A DNA stretch of 21,588 nt from Caldisphaera sp. Its GTDB lineage: Archaea; Thermoproteota; Thermoprotei_A; Sulfolobales; Acidilobaceae. The stretch is taken from contig JBMFKU010000021.1 in the NCBI GenBank assembly GCA_049971805.1, positions 1-21,588 on the forward strand, in the 5' to 3' direction. A program made the position numbers and the translations under genes. The stretch's first letter is position 1. Each line of letters begins with the position of its first letter. This document shows positions 9,967 through 17,634 of this stretch, one piece after another. The notes under the pieces are model-generated. The model was not told where the DNA came from. It saw nothing but the letters and a program-made list of their open reading frames with translations, and made no database searches.

Positions 9967-10200
9967 TTACATATATCCTTTAAATTCCTTTCCACTTTTC
10001 AGCATGTTTCTAATTTCTCTTTTCAATATCTTCCCAGATGGTGATTTTGGCAAGGAATCAACAAATATTATTTCTTTAGGTGCTTTGAAATGAGCTAAAT
10101 TATTTCTAGCAAATTCCATTATTTCTTTCCTCAATTCTTCACTTTTCTCATAGTTATCCTTTAAAACTATAACAGCAACAACCCTTTCAATCCACTTCTC
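9967..10200 (-). pseudogene. 3' fragment of an acyl-CoA synthetase
   Basis: EKWIERVVAVIVLK...LAHFKAPKEIIFVDSLPKSPSGKILKREIR is an AMP-binding C-terminal domain. Confidence 0.8.
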
Positions 10201-10635
10201 ATTTTTGCTTATAAATTTTAAATGTTCAAATGATCCTTTCGGTATTAAATAAGGAGATTTAGGATCTAAAGAAGATTTAAATGCCCTTAAATGCATTTTT
10301 TGAAACTTATTGTAATCTTGGTTATCTCTTATTAACCACAAACCTCCTATTCTCCTAAATCTGAATTTTAATTCGTCAGCAAGTTTAGGCCATAAGGGTA
10401 TACTTTTTATGTTTAATTCTGCATGCAAGGTACCAGGCCTAAAAGTTAAAAAGTTAAAGAGTCTCCTCTCTGACAAACAAGGTGATGATTTGTTGACGTG
10501 CCTTCTAATCCTATACCATTTTTTCTTTCTATAACTGTAACTGATAAATCATATCTAGACAATTCCCTAGCCAATGGATGTTCCAGCAATTCCTGCTCCT
10601 ATTATAGCTATATCCGTATTAATAAATTGAGGCAT
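10201..10635 (-). pseudogene. Frameshifted, 3'-truncated paralog of the FAD oxidoreductase at 6930-8132
   Basis: MPQFINTDIAIIGAGIAGTS, NHHLVCQ and LTFRPGTLHAELNIKSIPLWPKLA are near-identical to the intact gene. Frameshifts occur near 10575 and 10441-10458 (AAAAGTT duplication). Confidence 0.88.
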
Positions 10636-10756
10636 ATTAATACACCTACTTTAAATTTATTTTTTAAAATATATATCTTTTTAAAATTGTGTATACTATA
10701 TTGCGCATACCTTAATTAATAAATAACATTACATTTTATATAATTATAATATAAAA

Positions 10757-10946
10757 AATTATGATCCTTCAGCAAATGATGTTACCATATACCAATCTAA
10801 TTTGTTTTCATCTTCTCTTTCCATTTTGAAATTTATTTTCTTTTTGTTTTCCTCATATATTACAGTGCTCATCTCTTTCACCCATTTAATATATATCTGA
10901 CGAAACTTTATAAGTAGATGCGCAAGAAAAAATAGACAAATGTCTA
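10757..10946. repeat. 190-bp exact direct repeat, left copy
   Basis: Identical by eye to 12466-12655 (offset 1709). Confidence 0.95.
10759..10872 (-). CDS. 37-aa small protein, copy B (MSTVIYEENKKKINFKMEREDENKLDWYMVTSFAEGS)
   Basis: ATG 10872 has a GGGTGA SD and a CTTATAAA TATA-like box. The 74-aa ORF-track extension is not conserved in the other copies. Confidence 0.7.
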   Translation of the reverse strand: MSTVIYEENKKKINFKMEREDENKLDWYMVTSFAEGS

Positions 10947-11073
10947 TTAATAAAAATACTAATTTATTGATCATTATTTCCATTAATATAGCTTACTTGT
11001 GAACTAAACAATGATTTTTATATTAAACAAACAAGATAATATATTAAACAAACTTTTATAGCCATACTTAAGT

Positions 11074-12405
11074 TTACCATATCAAGTGACCACAATCAAA
11101 TCTAACTAGATATTTGATATTGCCTACTAATGCCTTTCCCTTTCCACAAATGGGACAAGCTTCTTCATTAAATTTAAACTCTTTATATAAAGTGATTAAC
11201 GTAGGATCGTTTAATTTATAAATATTATTTTCTTCTCTCAAAACAAAATCCATTTCTTCCAATTTATTTAAAATTTTTTTAGCCTCTTTTATATCGCATT
11301 TTAATTCATTTGAAAGATCGTAAGGTTTAACTTCTTTCTTTTTGAGGATAGTTTGTATAGCATTGTAGTAATATTGATCTTTCTTTATTCTCTTAATTGT
11401 GTTTATTTCCTCTCTTATTGACTTTCCTACTTCTTTATAAGACTTCGTTATGGCATCAATAATTCTTTTCTTAACGTCTGATTCCTTACTTTCAACATAA
11501 TTCTTTCCTAATAACGCTAACCAGCCGGGTATTCTATAAGTTAGGTTTATTGCTGAAGAAATTACCCAGTCATCATATTTTGCTTCAGCTGAATCAAAGC
11601 CTTCTTTTAGCATTTTTATTGAGTCTTCAACAGTTATTTCCCTTAATTTGTAAGTGATTATTTCTCTACCGTGAAGTTCACTTTCATATTTATGTGAAAC
11701 TAACATTTCTACTGGTCTAACTAATGAGCCTGTTATCATAACTTTGAAGGTTTCTTGATACTCGTCGTTTATAGTTTTTAGGAATTGAATGAAATCTTGT
11801 GCCCAACTATAAGCTCTCTGTGCTTCATCAATAACTAATGCTATCTTCGATTTAGATGTTATAGCTGCATCTTCCAATATTTTTAAGGTTATTTTTGGTT
11901 CAACTATCTTTTCTACACCTATATCTGAAGAGAACGACAAGCCTTCTATTCCTATTCCAAAGCTCCTTGTATTAGTAAAATTTTCTAATATAATGTTTAA
12001 AAATTTCTTAACATATAATGGATACCTTGTAGAATTTTTTAAATCTCTCCATGTTTTATAGTTAAACTTTTTCCTTCTAAACATTCCTATTTTCGGAATA
12101 GGTAAAAGATTTACAGTTAATCCTTGTAAGTCTTTTATCATATCTAGAGAAATATAAATGGGAATCCAATTCCCTTTAACATCATATATCCTCTTGTACT
12201 TCTCGAATGAAATAATCTTAAGTAAAGTGAGTAAAGTACTGCTTTTTCCTACTCTTCTAGTTCCTTTGAGGAAAAATAAGGTTGCATTTCCTCTTAAAAA
12301 AGACAATAACTCTCTTAAATCATTTTCTCTTCCATAAAGTAATTCAGGATAAAATCTACTGTAAGTTGAGAATATTTCTGTGTAAGATAACCCTTTTTTC
12401 TTCAC
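11074..12405 (-). CDS. Archaeal P-loop ATPase (COG1672/AAA-STAND-like) with C-terminal winged helix and small zinc ribbon
   Basis: Walker A LKGTRRVGKSST, Walker B ALVIDEAQ, ITGS, and IPGWLALLG. The wHTH-like segment is KPYDLSNELKCD...LNKLEEMDFV...YKLNDP, and the terminus has CPICG...DCGH. Confidence 0.85.
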   Translation of the reverse strand: MKKKGLSYTEIFSTYSRFYPELLYGRENDLRELLSFLRGNATLFFLKGTRRVGKSSTLLTLLKIISFEKYKRIYDVKGNWIPIYISLDMIKDLQGLTVNLLPIPKIGMFRRKKFNYKTWRDLKNSTRYPLYVKKFLNIILENFTNTRSFGIGIEGLSFSSDIGVEKIVEPKITLKILEDAAITSKSKIALVIDEAQRAYSWAQDFIQFLKTINDEYQETFKVMITGSLVRPVEMLVSHKYESELHGREIITYKLREITVEDSIKMLKEGFDSAEAKYDDWVISSAINLTYRIPGWLALLGKNYVESKESDVKKRIIDAITKSYKEVGKSIREEINTIKRIKKDQYYYNAIQTILKKKEVKPYDLSNELKCDIKEAKKILNKLEEMDFVLREENNIYKLNDPTLITLYKEFKFNEEACPICGKGKALVGNIKYLVRFDCGHLIW

Positions 12406-12419
12406 ATTAATTCTCGCCT

Positions 12420-12445
12420 AGTTTAGTCCACTAGTGGACTAAACT
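12420..12445. promoter_or_regulatory. Perfect 26-bp palindrome, likely operator of the ATPase gene
   Basis: AGTTTAGTCCACTAGTGGACTAAACT is its own reverse complement. It lies between a minus-strand TTTATTAA box (12445-12452) and the GTG start at 12405. Confidence 0.7.
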
Positions 12446-12465
12446 TAATAAATTTTTATGTTAAG

Positions 12466-12655
12466 AATTATGATCCTTCAGCAAATGATGTTACCATATA
12501 CCAATCTAATTTGTTTTCATCTTCTCTTTCCATTTTGAAATTTATTTTCTTTTTGTTTTCCTCATATATTACAGTGCTCATCTCTTTCACCCATTTAATA
12601 TATATCTGACGAAACTTTATAAGTAGATGCGCAAGAAAAAATAGACAAATGTCTA
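12466..12655. repeat. 190-bp exact direct repeat, right copy
   Basis: Identical to 10757-10946. Confidence 0.95.
12468..12581 (-). CDS. 37-aa small protein, copy C (identical to copy B)
   Basis: Lies within the 190-bp repeat: ATG 12581, TAA 12470-12468. Confidence 0.7.
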   Translation of the reverse strand: MSTVIYEENKKKINFKMEREDENKLDWYMVTSFAEGS

Positions 12656-12821
12656 GTTAAAAACATTCAAACCATATTATAAAATCATTATATATTAAAT
12701 GTTTGAAAGAAATATATATCATACTTATAGATTTATCTTTAATATATTTAATTAAAAAGAAAAATATTTATACTTATTGTATACACTTAATACATTTTGT
12801 AGTAACGAGGTGAAATATAAT

Positions 12822-14212
12822 ATGAGTACTGTAGAAAGTGGATCTGGTGATAAATCTGGTAAAACAATTTTTTGGATAGCAAGTTCGATTTTATTTGTAA
12901 TTGCATTAATAATGTTGATCTATGGTATCTACCAACAAACAGTTCTTCATATTTATAAAGCACCCTTAATCTTAGGTATAGTTGCAGGTCTTTTGCTGGC
13001 TATTCCTCTAGAACTATGGAATTTCTCAGATCCTGACACATTATTTAGAGTGATGTCATTCCAAGATAGATTTTTAATGGTTTGTTTTGGATTTGCAATT
13101 GGGTTAGGAGCAATACTTCTTTACGGCTTAAATCTATTTGTACTCATCCAAATTTTGGCATAAAAGATTTGTTTGTATTTGGTATAGTCATAGGAGGTTT
13201 AATATTTGGAGCAGGAGTAGGTATTGCTGGGTATTTCCCAGGCACAGTATGGATAGCATTAGGCCAAGGTAGACGCGATGCAATTTACGCTGTAATAGGC
13301 GGCCTATTCGGTGCCTTTACATGGTCAGTAATTTTTGGTAATGTTAGATGGTTATTTTGGAATACTTTAAATTTTGGACCCATAACATGGGCAACATTGT
13401 TAGGATTTAACACAAGGCTTGAAATGTTTTTAGTCAGTATAGTATTTGGAATCTTATTATTGCTAATGTTCTTCTTTTTGCCAAGATATCCAAAACAATC
13501 TATGAAACAATCATGCGCATTTCACTTGGTTGGGGCAAATAAAGAAACAACAAAATTTAGTGATCTATTAAAAGAAGAAGAAAAGAAATATCCAAAGGCT
13601 AGAAAATATATTACAGAACTAATAAATGAAAGCAGTATAAGAAATGCTAGATCTATAATACTATTAGGTATAGAATTCACTATAGCAGCAGTTGCAGTAA
13701 TAATATTGAGACAAATATTTGGAGAATCAACAACATATTCTTGGATAGGAGCACAACTATCTTATTTAATAAATCCTAAATGGGCTGCATCGAATGCTTA
13801 TTTCCAATTATTTGGAGGATTACATATAGTTAACGGTTCACCAGTTAATAACCCATTTAGTGAAATAGGTTGGGAGCCTTTTTCAGATTTAGGCACCTTC
13901 TTAGGAGGTCTTATTTCATCATTATTTATTAGCAAAAGATTCATGGGATTTAAAAAACAAATACCAAATGTATGGCAACACACTTTCGGTACTTCAGCCA
14001 GCAAGAGAGCTTTAGGATCATTCATAGGTACATTTATGGTCTTATTCGGTGCAAGGATGGCTAACGGTTGTGCTTCAGGTCATATATTAAGTGGAAACAT
14101 ACAAATGGCAGTTTCTAGCTTTCTATTTATGATAATGGTGTTAATAGGATCTTGGATAGCACTTAGATATGTGCTACATTTAAAAATAAACTCTCAAGGA
14201 TATGTTCAGTAA
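12822..14212 (+). pseudogene. YeeE/YedE-family sulfur-compound transporter with a single frameshift near 13140 (pseudogene or sequencing error)
   Basis: GAGGTGA SD before ATG 12822. YeeE motifs GGLIFGAGVGIAGYFPGT and LFGARMANGCASGH. Two overlapping ORFs join if 1 nt is added near 13140. Confidence 0.75.
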
Positions 14213-14886
14213 CTAATTAAGCTTAATATTATGATTTTTATTTAAAAATATAATCTATATATTATTTTTATTAAAAATTTTGCATAAATGTGTATTTTTT
14301 GATTATCTAATAGTAATAGAGTTAGCGATAGGAAGAAATTTTAAATGTTTTACATGTCTATACACATAAAAGTCTCTAACATAAATATGCTATAAAGTTT
14401 AATTTATTTTATTTTTAGATTTCAATAAAATATATACACCATTTACTGATAAATAAATTGCCTAATACACCTAGAGATATACTAAAAAATTTACTGATAA
14501 ATAGACTAGTAAACTATAATTTTTTATTTAATAAATAAATTATTATTTAATTGTATATGCTATATGTTAGAATTCAAAATCTTCGAATCGCTTTCTTTAC
14601 AGTATTACTTCAGGCTCAAGTAATACCATTTTCTTTGACTTATATTGAAAACTTCTCCTTTTAGCTATATGTTTCATACTATTTTTATGTTAAACTTCTA
14701 ATTAAGGTATTACTTTAGGCTCTAATGAAAAACCGATTAGAGATAATTGTATTATAAAAAATATTTCTTATATAAAAATTAAAAAAATAAGTTAAGTTAA
14801 CTGGGGGTTAACTCAACTTTTTACATAACATAAGTAGAGTTAACCGAAATTTAACTCACTTAGGTTGAAAAAAGGTTAAATTCCTT

Positions 14887-15822
14887 TTGGAAGACACAGA
14901 GCTTAGGCACACTAAAGGGGGATTTAGAATTTCACAAAACCGCTTTTCAGGATTTGGAAGATCGATTATAGAAATTGCAGTCATAATTTTTATTGCCGTA
15001 TCAATCTATATATTTATGCAATTCTTAGGATTATTTTTTCATAAACTAGAGATTTATATGTGGATTGTTAAGGATTTAATAGAATTAGTAGCCAGTCTAT
15101 TAGCAGTAAGAAGCTTAGGTAATGGACTAACAAGGAACCTATTACCAAAATATAAGGAAAGAGCGATTTCTATAGGCAATTTGTTTAAAATATTAGGTTA
15201 TTTGATAGTTATTGTTGTAATTGTTGCGTTTAGTAGAATTAGTACTGAATCAGCATTATTTGGCGGTACGGTAACTGGATTAGTTCTAGGTTTAGCTTTG
15301 CAACCTGTGTTAGGCAATTTATTTGCCGGATTAATAATACTTGGTACAAGATTTATAAAGCCAGGTGATATTATAACAGTTTTAAATTCGCAAATACCAT
15401 ATCAATGGGCTCCTAATCCGGGATATAAGTTTTTCTCTCCAGATTATATCGCACCTGGATTTAAAGGTAGAGTTTTAGAAATAGGATTATTTTCGTCATC
15501 ATTAGTAACAGAGCAAGGACAGGAAATAAAGATACCAAATCAAATATTATTAGGAGGCGCTGCTATAGAACACTATACGCAATGGAGTGATTATATAACA
15601 AATACTCTTAGAGTAGAAATTCCTATAGCAGATATAAAATTATTTGAAAGCAAAGCTAAGGAAGTTCTATCTAAATTTGGTAATAATGCAGAGATTTATA
15701 TATCTGAACAAAGTGATAAAAATTATGTAATTTACTTAATTAAAATAACTATGTCCATCAATGAAGATTGGTTAAAGATAAAAGATAGCATTTTGAGACA
15801 ATTAATTACATATAAGCAATAA
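14887..15822 (+). CDS. mscS: Small-conductance mechanosensitive channel (MscS family)
   Basis: N-terminal TM helices, GLVLGLALQPVLGNLFAG, FIKPGDII, GRVLEIGLFSS and IKIPN. Confidence 0.85.
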   Translation: MEDTELRHTKGGFRISQNRFSGFGRSIIEIAVIIFIAVSIYIFMQFLGLFFHKLEIYMWIVKDLIELVASLLAVRSLGNGLTRNLLPKYKERAISIGNLFKILGYLIVIVVIVAFSRISTESALFGGTVTGLVLGLALQPVLGNLFAGLIILGTRFIKPGDIITVLNSQIPYQWAPNPGYKFFSPDYIAPGFKGRVLEIGLFSSSLVTEQGQEIKIPNQILLGGAAIEHYTQWSDYITNTLRVEIPIADIKLFESKAKEVLSKFGNNAEIYISEQSDKNYVIYLIKITMSINEDWLKIKDSILRQLITYKQ

Positions 15823-16013
15823 ACGATTTATTTACTAGTTTATTCACTAGTACACCAATTTCTTAACTCCAATAAAAATTTTACATTATCTCCTTTAATT
15901 ATGAAAAATTTACAAGAGGAATTAAAAATACAAAAACTTTGCCTTTAATTATGAAAAAGAAGTATAAACAGGAAAATAAAACTTTTATAACGCAATCTAA
16001 TAAAGGTGAAAAA

Positions 16014-16491
16014 ATGAGCAATGAAAAAATAAAAGTAGGCAGTAAAGCACCTCTTTTTGAAGCAATAGCAGATAACGGAGAAAAAATTTCGTTAGCAAAT
16101 TATATTGGAAAATACAAATATAGTACTATATTTTTACCCTAAAGACTTCAGCCCTGTTTGTACTAAAGAAGCGTGTTCGTTTAGAGATAATTGGGATAAA
16201 TTAAAAGATTACAATGCTATAGTGATAGGTATAAGTTCTGATAACCTAGAAACTCATAAAAGGTTTAAAGAAAAATACAAAATACCATTCATATTATTAA
16301 GTGATTCAAAAAAAGAAATTAGGAAAAAGTACAACGCTGAAGGCTTTATATTTGCTGATAGAGTAACTTTTGTTATAGATAAAAATGGTATAATAAGAAG
16401 CATTTACAAGTCTCAATTCAACATCGAAGCTCACATAAACAATGCGCTAGAAACATTAAAATCGCTAAGCGTAAAAAATGAGTCTAAATAA
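16014..16491 (+). pseudogene. bcp: Peroxiredoxin Q/BCP with a +1 frameshift near 16117 (pseudogene or sequencing error)
   Basis: AGGTGA SD and ATG 16014. IKVGSKAPLF is in one frame and [23 protein letters not shown] (CxxxxC) in the next; one extra A in TACAAATATA explains the shift. Confidence 0.8.
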
Positions 16492-16581
16492 AATCGTTAC
16501 AATGAATTTTATTATAATTTTAATAATAAATTCTACAATTAGTTATAATTAAGCATTAAATTTATTCTTGAACGGAGAAAT

Positions 16582-17121
16582 TTATTTCTTGAAATTAGAA
16601 TTTTCAGTATATTTATAATACATTAATATAACATCGTAATATTTATCTTTCCTTTTAATTCTATTTGGAAAAATACCATATGTTATAAAACCAACTTTTT
16701 CATATAATGAAATTGCTATCTTGTTATTAGAAAAAACTTCTAACTGTATTATTTCAAATAAGTTTTTTCCTTCCTCAAGCGCTTTAAGAATTAGCTTTTT
16801 CCCAATACCTTTGCCTCTATATTCTTTCCTAATAGCTATACCCAAATTTCCAATATGAGATGACTCTGAATTTGGCCTTAGCCTATGAATATCGCACATC
16901 CCTACTACTTTACCATTTTCTTCTGCAACAAATGCTATTGCGTCTTTCTTTAAAACTTCGGAATAAAGGCGACTGAACCAACTAACTTCGTCTATATATT
17001 TAGGAGGACTTTTATATAATACTAAACCTAAATCAGGATTTTCTTTTAATTCTTCATAGTATGACAAATAGTTATCTATTAGATCATTCATATCACTCCA
17101 TTTTAAATCTCGAATAATCAT
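16582..17121 (-). CDS. GNAT family N-acetyltransferase
   Basis: LGIAIRKEYRGKGIGKKLI (acetyl-CoA binding) and NKIAISLYEKVGF. Confidence 0.9.
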   Translation of the reverse strand: MIIRDLKWSDMNDLIDNYLSYYEELKENPDLGLVLYKSPPKYIDEVSWFSRLYSEVLKKDAIAFVAEENGKVVGMCDIHRLRPNSESSHIGNLGIAIRKEYRGKGIGKKLILKALEEGKNLFEIIQLEVFSNNKIAISLYEKVGFITYGIFPNRIKRKDKYYDVILMYYKYTENSNFKK

Positions 17122-17267
17122 AATCTCACTATAAACAGATTCGTTATTGCATTTATTAAGCTTTTCTTTTAATATATTTAATTAATTATAATTGAATATT
17201 AATATCTTATCATCTATTGAATACATTAATACATAAAAATATTAATATCTTATAAGCTACTTTTATA

Positions 17268-17612
17268 ATGGTGTCAAATTTGGGCTTACGAGACCCTATC
17301 GAATATATAAATAGTTTAAGAGATGGAAGGATTATATATTATAGAGGTAAAAAAGTAGAAGATGTAACAAAACACGAGGTTTTAAAATCAACAGTAAATC
17401 ATACATCTTTGATATATAAATGGCAACAAGATGATGAAAAAATAAGAGAATTAACTGTATATAAAGATGAAGTATACGGCTATTCTAGCAAATTTTATAA
17501 AATACCTAGATTAGGAGCTTTGTTTACTACTGCAATGATACATGCAGAAGGATCTATAGATCATATGATTATGAAGGAAGCAAGAAATTGGCTTACTATG
17601 CTTCCGAATTAA
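17268..17612 (+). pseudogene. Internally deleted 4-hydroxybutyryl-CoA dehydratase / HpaB-family gene
   Basis: The N-terminus EYINSLRDGRIIYYRGKKVEDVTKH...SKFYKIPR jumps directly to the C-terminal motif AMIHAEGS. The ORF is 114 aa, against roughly 480 aa for the family. Confidence 0.7.
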
Positions 17613-17634
17613 TGATACACTATAGGTGATAATC

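Noticed and set aside
9967-10476. 169-aa ORF as a novel oxidoreductase-ligase fusion protein
   Set aside because: It lacks the Rossmann motif and AMP-binding core, and its upstream part is frameshifted; best read as a deletion scar.
10873-10983. N-terminal extension of the 74-aa ORF
   Set aside because: Not conserved in copies A or C; the SD and TATA point to ATG 10872.
11019-11053. 14-bp direct repeat TATATTAAACAAAC
   Set aside because: Short and AT-rich, so it could be chance or slippage.
15892-15958. Possible mini-CRISPR (repeat, 33-nt spacer, repeat)
   Set aside because: Only two 17-bp units, too short for a CRISPR repeat, and no cas genes in the window.
17195-17253. 16-bp direct repeat AATATTAATATCTTAT in a divergent promoter
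   Set aside because: Very low complexity; cannot be separated from background without statistics.
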